Source of the DNA: Crocosphaera subtropica ATCC 51142
GTDB taxonomy: Bacteria > Cyanobacteriota > Cyanobacteriia > Cyanobacteriales > Microcystaceae
Direction: 5' to 3'
Assembly (NCBI RefSeq): GCF_000017845.1
Contig: NC_010547.1
Coordinates: forward strand, 180,001 to 212,000
DNA length: 32,000 nucleotides
The stretch's first letter is position 1; every line of letters starts with the position of its first letter. A model generated the notes under the pieces. That model saw only the letters and a list, made by a program, of their open reading frames with translations. It was not told the origin of the DNA and ran no database searches. This document shows positions 1-7,278 of this stretch, in pieces. The position numbers were made by a program, and so were the translations under genes.

Positions 1-120
1 ACAATTTTTGTAGAAGGACGCGGTACTTTTCACGTTCGTATGCTAATGAGCAAATTAGCTTGTTCTTTAGAGGATAAGCCCTATTCTTCTTGTAACCGAG
101 AAGACGGAATTCCTTTCTAG
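1..120 (+). CDS. partial ORF, 3' end only (hypothetical)
   Basis: Frame 1 is open from base 1 to TAG at 118-120. A hairpin plus T-run follows at 130-154, as in downstream cassettes. Confidence 0.3.
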   Translation, partial: TIFVEGRGTFHVRMLMSKLACSLEDKPYSSCNREDGIPF

Positions 121-129
121 GAAATTACT

Positions 130-154
130 AGCCCTCGATAGGGCTTTTTTTTTT
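130..154 (+). terminator. rho-independent terminator
   Basis: Stem agccct/agggct with loop cgat, then a 10-nt T-run. Confidence 0.7.
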
Positions 155-179
155 GCTATTGTTGAATGAGAAAATAAAT

Positions 180-187
180 GCTAGCGC
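180..187 (+). promoter_or_regulatory. GCTAGCGC box (cassette promoter/operator candidate)
   Basis: tGCTAGCGCaagattaaacgacc; 35 nt to ATG 223. Confidence 0.55.
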
Positions 188-222
188 AAGATTAAACGAC
201 CTTAAAAGATACCAGTGAAAAT

Positions 223-408
223 ATGTGCGAAAACAGAGTCACCCTCAATATTTCTGAACGAGAGTTAGCCACTATACTGGCCTCTTTAGAATTATTCAGA
301 AAGGAACGAGCAAAGGAAGACTTTAGACCATATTCAGAGCAATTCGAGGAAATTGAGCCTCTGACAGTTGAAGAAGTGGATAAGCTTACTGACTATCTGG
401 AAAATTAG
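223..408 (+). CDS. small acidic protein with RELATILASLELF motif (paralogous to the middle of 490-1329)
   Basis: 61-aa ORF with the box at correct spacing and a terminator at 416-445. The segment ERELATILASLELFRKE...EEIEPLTVEEVDKL matches PRELATILVALRLFQR...EETEPLTASEIDEL in the next gene. Confidence 0.6.
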   Translation: MCENRVTLNISERELATILASLELFRKERAKEDFRPYSEQFEEIEPLTVEEVDKLTDYLEN

Positions 409-415
409 AGAATTG

Positions 416-445
416 GAGCTAGGTGTCATCCCAGCTCTTTTTTTT
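416..445 (+). terminator. rho-independent terminator
   Basis: Stem gagct(a)gg/ccagctc followed by an 8-nt T-run. Confidence 0.6.
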
Positions 446-448
446 CAG

Positions 449-456
449 GCTAGCGC
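449..456 (+). promoter_or_regulatory. GCTAGCGC box
   Basis: gGCTAGCGCcagttaaagcgacc; 33 nt to ATG 490. Confidence 0.55.
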
Positions 457-489
457 CAGTTAAAGCGACCTTTATTCGCTTAAAAACTA

Positions 490-1329
490 ATGAGCAATCA
501 AAATAAAGCATGGGATTTATATCTTAAGGGAAACAAGCTCGCAGAAGAACAGAAGATCGAAGAAGCGATCGCAGTCTATAAAGAATCAATTGATCTCTAT
601 CCCCACCATGAAGAAGTTTATAATAACTTAGGGGTTCTTTACCATGACTTAGGCAAACACGAAGATGCAACCGCGTTTTTTGAGCAAGGAATTGCGATCG
701 CCATGAGAAATACCAAGGCTCCCAGTCCTCAGTTTAATCCCAGAGAATTAGCCACGATATTAGTGGCACTCCGATTGTTCCAGAGAACGCCAAGTGTAAA
801 GAAGCAACTATTAGAATATTTCGAGGAAACCGAACCCTTAACTGCGTCTGAGATAGATGAGTTATGTGAACGACTCAACTGTTCATGCTCAAGCACAGAC
901 CTCGCATCCAAAACACTAAATATTAGTGAAAGGCTGACAGCGATCGGGGAAATCGAAGTTTTAATGGCTGAGAGTTACAGAATAAGGACATTGACTCGAA
1001 TTTGGGCTACTTTTCCTGAAATTACCTCAGTCGAATTTGCCGAGATTGAAGAAGGTACTGAGGTGGCACCAGGAACGATTGCTTTGACCGATATTCAGTT
1101 TATAAGCGAAGATTCTGCTACAGAGATTATCAAACGAAATAATCTTGAATTAGTCTCAGATCAATATCGTATAGAAGGGGATTCACTACAATTCTGGCAA
1201 TATCTCCTTTTATCAACATCGCCGACAGAAAAACTTATCGGTAAGCATGACCGTCCCGACGAGCTACCGAATCTTATCGATGTTATCGAACAAGTTTCCG
1301 ATCTGGGGAAACGCTTAGCAATCGACTAG
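490..1329 (+). CDS. TPR-repeat protein with RELATIL-type domain and C-terminal W-x-(Y/F)PEI family domain
   Basis: 279-aa ORF. N-terminus is TPR-like (AIAVYKESIDLYPHHEEVYNNLGVLYHDLGKHEDA). It then has PRELATILVALRLFQ, then RIWATFPEITSVEF...IQFISEDSA, and the tail DRPDELPNLIDVIEQV. Confidence 0.75.
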   Translation: MSNQNKAWDLYLKGNKLAEEQKIEEAIAVYKESIDLYPHHEEVYNNLGVLYHDLGKHEDATAFFEQGIAIAMRNTKAPSPQFNPRELATILVALRLFQRTPSVKKQLLEYFEETEPLTASEIDELCERLNCSCSSTDLASKTLNISERLTAIGEIEVLMAESYRIRTLTRIWATFPEITSVEFAEIEEGTEVAPGTIALTDIQFISEDSATEIIKRNNLELVSDQYRIEGDSLQFWQYLLLSTSPTEKLIGKHDRPDELPNLIDVIEQVSDLGKRLAID

Positions 1330-1360
1330 CGTCAGTAAACTTAGAAAGATTCATTTAACT

Positions 1361-1384
1361 AAGGGCATTATGCCCTTTTTTTTT
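1361..1384 (+). terminator. rho-independent terminator
   Basis: Stem aagggca/tgccctt followed by a 9-nt T-run. Confidence 0.75.
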
Positions 1385-1457
1385 GATGTAGGATGCACCT
1401 CCGACGAGTTACAGCGATTTTGATCAGTTATTTCGACAAATCAAAGAGGGGGAAAGG

Positions 1458-1465
1458 GCTAGCGC
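1458..1465 (+). promoter_or_regulatory. GCTAGCGC box
   Basis: gGCTAGCGCccacctgaaaggg; 35 nt to ATG 1501. Confidence 0.5.
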
Positions 1466-1500
1466 CCACCTGAAAGGGAAATATCAGAGCAAAAAATCAA

Positions 1501-1701
1501 ATGAAGCAGTTTATCATCTTCTTATTGGCCATAGCCGTAGTAGTGACATCTATGGCTCTGTTCAAAGGCTATTTCATTAAAAATTATGGTGACGAGCCAT
1601 CATTTGAGCAGATTTGCTACGTTGGTCTTTTAACTATAGGTGGACTTAGTTTACCAATGGTGGTAATGACGATTATTACAACGCTGTTATCGGCGTTCTA
1701 A
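1501..1701 (+). CDS. small membrane protein (two predicted TM helices)
   Basis: 66-aa ORF with hydrophobic stretches FIIFLLAIAVVVTSMALF and VGLLTIGGLSLPMVVMTIITTLL. Box upstream and terminator downstream. Confidence 0.6.
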   Translation: MKQFIIFLLAIAVVVTSMALFKGYFIKNYGDEPSFEQICYVGLLTIGGLSLPMVVMTIITTLLSAF

Positions 1702-1716
1702 GAGGGAAAAAGACTA

Positions 1717-1750
1717 GGAGGAGATGAGTAATAGTCATCCTCTTTTTTTT
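1717..1750 (+). terminator. rho-independent terminator
   Basis: Stem gaggag-atga/tcatcctc followed by a 9-nt T-run. Confidence 0.6.
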
Positions 1751-1822
1751 GTAAGCGATTGTCACAAAAGATCACCCAGCGTCGCTTAAAATAATATGGA
1801 ATAAAGCGAGGTCGATTCATTA

Positions 1823-2038
1823 ATGCAAACCACAGGTTATTTTCTAGTCAACGGACAAAAAATAAAGGTGTTAGCCCGTGTACCCTTGAAGCCAAGGAAG
1901 GACGGAGCTTTTTGCCGGTCATTTAAGCTAAGGCACTCAGGCCGAGATGGAGAATGCTTTGAGGATGAGTCCACTTTTTTAGAGTCAGAACCTGCCGTAT
2001 TACAAAGTCTCATGGAAGGGGAAGTTATCAGGCTATGA
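1823..2038 (+). CDS. hypothetical protein
   Basis: 71-aa ORF. No recognisable box or family. Confidence 0.4.
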   Translation: MQTTGYFLVNGQKIKVLARVPLKPRKDGAFCRSFKLRHSGRDGECFEDESTFLESEPAVLQSLMEGEVIRL

Positions 2039-2112
2039 ATAGTAACGAAGTTAAAGAAAACTTTAAAAGTATTTACGAAGAATATTTACACACAATTTGT
2101 ATTTAAGGTAAA

Positions 2113-2433
2113 ATGAAGTTTGAGTGGGATGAAAACAAAGCACAGTCCAACTTAGAGAAACATAAAATTTCCTTTGAGTTAGCAAAAGAACTTTTCAAGG
2201 AACCGACTGTATTGAGCTTCCAAGATAATCGCTTTGAATATGGGGAAATAAGAGAAGTAGCTATAGGAGAGTTATATGGAGTCTGTCTCTATGTTGTGTT
2301 TACCCTCAGAGGAAACATCATCCGAATAATTTCAGCTAGAAAAGCTAGTGTAAAAGAAAGGAAAGCCTATTATGAGTATTTCAAGAGAACAGCAAATCGA
2401 AATTCTGAAGAAAATGAGGGACGAGGAAATTGA
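2113..2433 (+). CDS. brnT: BrnT-family (DUF497) type II toxin
   Basis: FEWDENKAQSNLEKHKISFELAKELF...IIRIISARKASVKERKAY matches the BrnT signature (F-WD..K...N..KH..SF ... RIISAR.A...E...Y). Confidence 0.8.
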   Translation: MKFEWDENKAQSNLEKHKISFELAKELFKEPTVLSFQDNRFEYGEIREVAIGELYGVCLYVVFTLRGNIIRIISARKASVKERKAYYEYFKRTANRNSEENEGRGN

Positions 2434-2644
2434 TTTCTCTGATGCTCCAGAAGCAACAGATGAGCAGTTGGCTCGTCTGGAGGCATTTGTGCCACCTAAG
2501 AAAAAAACAATAACCATTAAATTGGACGAAGATATAATAGATTGGTTCAAGGATGAGCAGCCACAGGGAGGATATCAAACCTTCATCAATGCTGTTCTCA
2601 GAGATTATGTACGGCGCAAAGTCGAAGAAAGACAAATAGAGTAA
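2372..2644 (+). CDS. brnA: BrnA-family (DUF4415-like) antitoxin
   Basis: Lies immediately downstream of and overlapping brnT. Contains IDFSDAPEATDEQLARL and a C-terminal DNA-binding-like segment. The start could instead be ATG 2411. Confidence 0.7.
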   Translation: MSISREQQIEILKKMRDEEIDFSDAPEATDEQLARLEAFVPPKKKTITIKLDEDIIDWFKDEQPQGGYQTFINAVLRDYVRRKVEERQIE

Positions 2645-2698
2645 TACCAAGGTCAAAGTCGGGATCGCACAGAGTCTAGAAGGGCGTTAAAAAATATG

Positions 2699-2706
2699 CC
2701 TAGCGG
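2699..2706 (+). promoter_or_regulatory. degenerate box CCTAGCGG
   Basis: gCCTAGCGGa, the same variant as at 8952; 32 nt to ATG 2739. Confidence 0.35.
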
Positions 2707-2738
2707 ACTATTGAGTGGTTTATAGTAATAGAGAACTT

Positions 2739-3032
2739 ATGAAAATGACCCCAAAACAGCTAGAACTAATCCAACAAAGCCAAAGAGCCGTATCCAACGT
2801 GGAGACAGATCCAGAAGCCCCTCAATCAGAAGAAAAATGTTGGAATATCCCCGTTACTTGGACTTGTTGGGGAATGTACAAAGTCCCAAAATCTCAATGT
2901 TCCACCATCGATGATGCGATCGCCTTTGTCGAAAAAGAACCCTTGCCAGATCAAGGAGAGTACGTGGATGATTCGATGCGAATCGATATGGAGGGATTAT
3001 CAATCCATAACTCATCCGAAGAAGAAATCTAG
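2739..3032 (+). CDS. hypothetical protein
   Basis: ORF-track 2715-3032 trimmed to the first ATG at box-consistent spacing (MKMTPKQLELIQ...). Confidence 0.5.
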   Translation: MKMTPKQLELIQQSQRAVSNVETDPEAPQSEEKCWNIPVTWTCWGMYKVPKSQCSTIDDAIAFVEKEPLPDQGEYVDDSMRIDMEGLSIHNSSEEEI

Positions 3033-3037
3033 GAAAA

Positions 3038-3088
3038 ATCCGCAGCAGTGTCTGTAACTTATAAGCAAAAATAGCTGTTGCTGCGGAT
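3038..3088 (+). repeat. ATCCGCAGCA...TGCTGCGGAT hairpin element, copy 1
   Basis: 10-bp terminal inverted repeats around an AT-rich TTATAAG core. Lies 5 nt after the stop of 2739-3032. Confidence 0.85.
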
Positions 3089-3139
3089 ACCTCTAATTTA
3101 ATAATAACCAGGGTTTCAGACATTTGGTAAGACCACTTT

Positions 3140-3147
3140 GCTAACCC
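3140..3147 (+). promoter_or_regulatory. degenerate box GCTAACCC
   Basis: 6/8 match; 31 nt to ATG 3179. Confidence 0.25.
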
Positions 3148-3178
3148 ATATTGGTAGGAACTAAACCTATCAACAAAG

Positions 3179-3425
3179 ATGCTAATTTACTTCATCGAGT
3201 TAGAGAATAACGGTAAATACCAAGAAGTCCCACTGAACGATTTCATGATGGGGATTTTGAGAGAACGTTATAGCGGTGATCTCGACTCTGGAGTTAGTCT
3301 AAACTCCAGCCCAAAGAGTTCCGTGATAAGCCATTGAAACGTCCCGATGACCCAGAACAAGAGCTGAAGGATTTACTTCGTGATATACGCCGAGCGATCG
3401 ACAAATATAAAAGCTTGTTCTTAGA
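3179..3425 (+). pseudogene. decayed W-x-YPEI family cassette (frameshifted, no stop before terminator)
   Basis: A 52-codon ORF runs 3179-3337 (MLIYFIELENNGKYQEVPLNDF...). The family C-terminal tail KRPDDPEQELKDLLRDIRRAID then continues in another frame from 3334 and runs into the terminator without a stop. Confidence 0.35.
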
Positions 3426-3430
3426 ATATT

Positions 3431-3460
3431 CGCACTGTACTCAGCAGTGCGGGTTTTTTT
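3431..3460 (+). terminator. rho-independent terminator
   Basis: Stem cgcactg/cagtgcg followed by ggttttttt. Overlaps the 3' end of the convergent RNase H gene. Confidence 0.6.
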
Positions 3461-4229
3461 ACAAAGCACTTTTTTTTCTAGTAATATTAGCAGAAATTTC
3501 TGCATCGACCCTTGCCTTTTTCAGAGCTAAGGCAGGTTTTAACCCCCGCAAGTACCAGCGTAAAGATTTGTCGAGTAAATCTTGTTCATCTTCTATCAAA
3601 GCCTGAGAAATTGCGTCGATGACGCTATCTGGTACAGCTTCATGAAGACGAGCGCCACGCAATGAAGAGAACTGATCACGACCCGATTTTAGCTGTATCC
3701 ATTCTTTGAATTTCGCACCATCCCCCTGCTGATTAAGACGGTTTATCCGCTTTTTTAACCCTTCTCTTGCTTTACAGAGTGGGAGATTGTCAGGAATTAT
3801 GGCCTTAGATTGAGGGAGAACCGATTGTATTGCCTCGGTAGCTGCTGCGTCAGCCTTTTTGTTAATTTCCCTAGGAATCCAATCAAAATGAATATGTTCA
3901 AATTGCTTTGCCAGAGAAATAGCTTGGCGGTGTAAGGGCCTCAACCCACTGTTTCGACATCGGTAACTGCCGATAACTTGGCAAATGACTAATTCAGAAT
4001 CTCCCTTTACCTCAAGGCTAGAAATATTCATTTCTAAGGCTTTTTCTAAACCTAGAATAAGACCTCCGTATTCAGCTTGGTTGTTAGTTATATTTTCGCC
4101 TAAATATTTTGAAAAAGACTGTTCATCATTCTCTTGGATAATTACCGCACCACAACCCCCGTGACCAGGGTTTAAGGGAAAGGTTCCCCCATCAAAATAT
4201 AATCTAACACCAGCTTCATCGCTTTTCAT
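3459..4229 (-). CDS. RNase H (type 1) with about 120-aa C-terminal extension of unknown function
   Basis: LYFDGGTFPLNPGHGGCGAVI...TNNQAEYGGLILGLEKA...VKGDSELVICQ...IPREINKKADAAA matches the DEDD RNase HI layout. Confidence 0.8.
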   Translation of the reverse strand: MKSDEAGVRLYFDGGTFPLNPGHGGCGAVIIQENDEQSFSKYLGENITNNQAEYGGLILGLEKALEMNISSLEVKGDSELVICQVIGSYRCRNSGLRPLHRQAISLAKQFEHIHFDWIPREINKKADAAATEAIQSVLPQSKAIIPDNLPLCKAREGLKKRINRLNQQGDGAKFKEWIQLKSGRDQFSSLRGARLHEAVPDSVIDAISQALIEDEQDLLDKSLRWYLRGLKPALALKKARVDAEISANITRKKSAL

Positions 4230-4289
4230 AGTGAATTACAGCGGATAACTACTGGCTTCATTCTAGCAAAAAACATTGTAAGTACCTCT

Positions 4290-4297
4290 GCTAGCGC
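4290..4297 (+). promoter_or_regulatory. GCTAGCGC box
   Basis: tGCTAGCGCaggtaaaagcaacg; 34 nt to ATG 4332, with an aaggag SD in between. Confidence 0.55.
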
Positions 4298-4331
4298 AGG
4301 TAAAAGCAACGTATTTTTTAAGGAGTCACCT

Positions 4332-4943
4332 ATGTCTAGAGAGCGAAAACTTGAGAAAAACACTTTCGGAAACGGGTTGTGGACAGAATACAACTGTTAC
4401 TATTTGTTTCCCTCAACAAAGATGGAACAAGACCCTTATAAAGAGGCAGACTTGTGGTTAACCATCGTTGTAACCGAAGGTAAAGTCGAGGTCAGTGAAC
4501 ATCTACACATCCGGAGAACAGGAGCCTCCACTCGTGAGTCTTATGTTGCGGACTGCCTGACGGTATTGGATGGAAGAAGTGTGAAGGTCATGCCCTACTT
4601 TGAAATAAAAGTGGATACGGCTACTTCCGATGTCTACATCGCTTTCAACAAACAAGCTTTGACTGATGACCTTAAGGGAATCAAGAATAAGAAAAGAAAG
4701 ATATATACGGTATGTGGTAATAAGTGTTTTTGCTTCGATAATAAGCATATTTACGACCAAGACTACAACCTGTTTCGCATTAAGCGATATGGATTCTGGA
4801 TGTCAATTCCCCGAAAAGTGGCGAAGCACCTAGTGCAATTCCATGATTTCAAAGTTTTAGATTGGAAGGGAAAAGAGGATAACCTGATTTATCAGCAGTT
4901 GTTCCATGCGCCGAAACCGAAACTAATAGGAATACTAGACTAA
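4332..4943 (+). CDS. hypothetical protein
   Basis: 203-aa ORF flanked by box, SD and terminator. No family recognised. Confidence 0.6.
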   Translation: MSRERKLEKNTFGNGLWTEYNCYYLFPSTKMEQDPYKEADLWLTIVVTEGKVEVSEHLHIRRTGASTRESYVADCLTVLDGRSVKVMPYFEIKVDTATSDVYIAFNKQALTDDLKGIKNKKRKIYTVCGNKCFCFDNKHIYDQDYNLFRIKRYGFWMSIPRKVAKHLVQFHDFKVLDWKGKEDNLIYQQLFHAPKPKLIGILD

Positions 4944-4955
4944 GAGGAGAGAGAG

Positions 4956-4980
4956 AAAGGCTTTCTATGCCTTTTTTTTT
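4956..4980 (+). terminator. rho-independent terminator
   Basis: Stem aaggc/gcctt followed by a 9-nt T-run. Confidence 0.55.
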
Positions 4981-5035
4981 GATGGAAAATGAGTGCGTTT
5001 TGTGGTGCATGAGAGGGGCTAAGAGTGCAGATTAT

Positions 5036-5043
5036 GCTAGCGC
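5036..5043 (+). promoter_or_regulatory. GCTAGCGC box
   Basis: tGCTAGCGCa; 37 nt to ATG 5081. It lies inside ORF-track 4967-5767, whose first 38 codons cover the terminator and the box. Confidence 0.5.
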
Positions 5044-5080
5044 ATTTATGGCATCTGATAACCATTTATCCAAAATAAAT

Positions 5081-5914
5081 ATGGCATTCCAAAATCTTGA
5101 GTCCGTACTAGACACTCTGAAAACACAAGGCGCATCCACTATCGAAATTACCTACTTCGGAGAAGGAGACGACGGAGCGATCGAGCCACCGAGTCTAAAA
5201 ACCTGCACCGCAGGATATGATTCAGAAGCTATCGAAGCGGCCTTGGACTCTGGGCCAGGAGACACTCTCATTGCATTTGTCGAACATATACTCGGCCCCG
5301 GATGGGAAAATGGAACCGGCCTCAGTGGGACGGTCATCTTCGATTTAACTACTGATACGATAACTCACAGCCAAGAAGAAGAGGTGATTCAATGCAATTA
5401 TAACGAAGATACTTACACCCTGAACGGAGACTTACTTAGGAGCAAAACGGACAACTGGGAAGACCGTATTTTAGCTTCTTCGAGTGAGAATGAATCTATG
5501 AGTCAACACCAAAAAGAATACATCTCACAGATCGAAAGCAAACTACGTGAAACCATTACAGAACGCTTCTTGCTTGATTTCTGGGTCCAATATCCAGAAG
5601 TCGACAATATTACATTGGAAAAGACCTGGGGAAAAACCCCCGAAGGCGGATGGACTACATTTATCGAGCTCAAAGACATTGAGTTTGTATCAATTCAAGC
5701 TATGGAGGAATTAAAGAAAAAGCTTGATGGAACCAGTCAATACGAAGCCGACAGTGTATCTGGATGACAAGAATTACTATTTAAGGATGGGAGGATTCCC
5801 GATGAAGAAATTAGCGAGAATTATCTCGATAAGAAATTGAGCCGTGGTGAAAATCCAGAACAAACGCTCAGAGAAATGATGATGGAAATCGCGAAAGTTA
5901 TCGACGGGGAGTAA
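5081..5914 (+). pseudogene. W-x-YPEI family gene interrupted by an in-frame TGA at 5765-5767 (or readthrough)
   Basis: MAFQNLESV...FWVQYPEVDNITLE...IEFVSIQAMEEL...SG, then TGA. The same frame stays open to TAA at 5912-5914 and encodes QELLFKDGRIPDEE...RGENPEQTLREMMMEIAKVIDGE, homologous to the C-termini of 6002-6433 and 7279-7737. The only terminator lies after 5914. Confidence 0.6.
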
Positions 5915-5934
5915 TTTCTACGAAAAGAAGCAAC

Positions 5935-5960
5935 AGAGGCTATATGCCTCTTTTTTTTTT
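5935..5960 (+). terminator. rho-independent terminator
   Basis: Stem agaggc/gcctct followed by a 10-nt T-run abutting the next box. Confidence 0.75.
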
Positions 5961-5962
5961 CT

Positions 5963-5970
5963 GCTAGCGC
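5963..5970 (+). promoter_or_regulatory. GCTAGCGC box
   Basis: tGCTAGCGCaagaaaatgtgacc; 31 nt to ATG 6002. Confidence 0.55.
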
Positions 5971-6001
5971 AAGAAAATGTGACCACTGACGTTTAAACAC
6001 T

Positions 6002-6433
6002 ATGCTTACAGCAGAAACAACTTCCAAGAAACTCGCTTCCATTGAGAAAGTAGAAGAAATCCTAAAAAGAACTGAAACAAAGCGGTTCCTTTTGGGTATT
6101 TGGATTGAATATCCCGAAATCAAAAGTCTCACCTTCGAGGACACCTACGAATACGATGATAAGGGAAGTTATTATCGATATACCTTCATCAACCAAATCG
6201 AGTTTATCAGTCAAGAAGCCAAGTCCGCATTACACGAGAGGCTAGACCCCGATAGTATCTTTGACGAGGAACCCGAAGACTGGAAAGAGATGCTCTTCGA
6301 GGGCATTCAGCCAAGTGTTGACCCAGAAAGTATGCTAGAAACCTTTGATCGTCCCGAAGATCCTCAGAAGGAACTTGATGATCTAATCGCTGAAATCAGC
6401 CAAGTAATCGCAACCGCAGGAGGGATAGTATGA
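6002..6433 (+). CDS. W-x-YPEI family protein
   Basis: RFLLGIWIEYPEIKSLTFED...IEFISQEAKSAL...WKEMLFEGIQP...DRPEDPQKELDDLIAEISQVI. Confidence 0.7.
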   Translation: MLTAETTSKKLASIEKVEEILKRTETKRFLLGIWIEYPEIKSLTFEDTYEYDDKGSYYRYTFINQIEFISQEAKSALHERLDPDSIFDEEPEDWKEMLFEGIQPSVDPESMLETFDRPEDPQKELDDLIAEISQVIATAGGIV

Positions 6434-7170
6434 AGGGACTCAGTGTAACTGCTATTGGTGCGCGTCCCCTTGATGAATGCCTGAATATCTTTGAAACCCT
6501 CAAAGAATCGCTTGGATTAGACTTCTTAGAATTAGCCGTGGGGAGTCGCTGTGACTTGTCGAAGATTCCCAAAGAAATTCCTTTGGTGATTCACCATCGG
6601 TGTTTATTCGATGGGCTCTACAAATTGCCATTCTCCTTAGCCCAACCTGAAACCTGGGAGGAGTATCGACAGCGATTACGCGATCGCAATGTCAAGATGA
6701 TATCAATTCATCCTCCGATGCGAAAGGAAATCACCTTCGATGACCTTAAACGTAATAGAGACCAATTTGAATCACTTCTAGGTGTTCCAGTGTGCCTTGA
6801 GGTCATGCCAAATGATGCTTACTGGTTATCTGAGGACGATTTCAGAACAACTCCTGATAGAGTTATTGATATTCCCATTCTACTCGATATTTCCCATCTG
6901 AACATCTGGGCTAAAGGACGCAGCGCCTTAGTCCAAGAGTGGACGGAAAGACTATTACCCCAGGCGATCACTGTGCATTTGTCGCACAACAACGGTCGAA
7001 GAGATTCCCACGACTTAATCCCGTCAGATATCTGGTTTAATCAACATATTGAAAAGTGGGAGACCCAAGGGTTGATTCTAACGTATGAATCCTTACCAGA
7101 AAGCTTTGCAAAGTTTGAACGGGATGATAAGCAGCGAATGAAGCAAAAACTAAAACACCGCGTTAGTTAG
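6430..7170 (+). CDS. xylose isomerase-like / AP endonuclease family 2-like TIM-barrel protein
   Basis: ATGA overlap with the upstream stop. Spaced metal-ligand-like residues are LELAV, SIHPP, CLEVMP, LLDISHLNIW and VHLSHNNGRRDSHDLIP. Confidence 0.5.
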   Translation: MKGLSVTAIGARPLDECLNIFETLKESLGLDFLELAVGSRCDLSKIPKEIPLVIHHRCLFDGLYKLPFSLAQPETWEEYRQRLRDRNVKMISIHPPMRKEITFDDLKRNRDQFESLLGVPVCLEVMPNDAYWLSEDDFRTTPDRVIDIPILLDISHLNIWAKGRSALVQEWTERLLPQAITVHLSHNNGRRDSHDLIPSDIWFNQHIEKWETQGLILTYESLPESFAKFERDDKQRMKQKLKHRVS

Positions 7171-7177
7171 AATAACA

Positions 7178-7200
7178 AGGGGCTTTATGCCTCTTTTTTT
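7178..7200 (+). terminator. rho-independent terminator
   Basis: Stem aggggc/gcctct followed by a T-run. A second hairpin ccacgtc/gacgtgg follows at 7201-7229. Confidence 0.65.
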
Positions 7201-7232
7201 CCACGTCCACAGCAAAAAAAAAGACGTGGAAT

Positions 7233-7240
7233 GCTAGCGC
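7233..7240 (+). promoter_or_regulatory. GCTAGCGC box
   Basis: tGCTAGCGCa; 38 nt to ATG 7279. The ORF-track start at 7231 lies inside the box. Confidence 0.5.
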
Positions 7241-7278
7241 ATGGAGAGGGTGGACAACAACTATTAAGAATAACGACT

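Noticed and set aside
729-911. Short antisense or alternate-frame ORFs inside confident genes (729, 2332, 2381, 2854, 4503, 5152, 5821, 8680, 8868, 9352, 9735, 9785, 16798, 17941, 19020, 24345, 27367, 28720, 29926, 31648, 31755)
   Set aside because: Each is nested in or antisense to a better-supported CDS and lacks the box/terminator context.
2085-2114. TTTACA-N18-TAAAAT as the brnTA promoter
   Set aside because: The -10-like hexamer overlaps the brnT ATG, so the transcript would start inside the gene. It is not reported as a feature.
3334-3606. 90-aa plus-strand ORF
   Set aside because: Only its first 30 or so codons (the family tail) look meaningful. The rest is antisense to the RNase H gene and crosses a terminator. 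It is treated as part of a decayed cassette.
4967-5080. The ORF-track 5' extensions at 4967, 7231, 8941, 18978, 20089 and 2715
   Set aside because: These upstream starts translate through the preceding terminator hairpin/T-run and/or the GCTAGCGC box itself. In-frame ATGs at the box-consistent spacing (5081, 7279, 8995, 19005, 20128, 2739) give proteins that begin where the paralogues begin.
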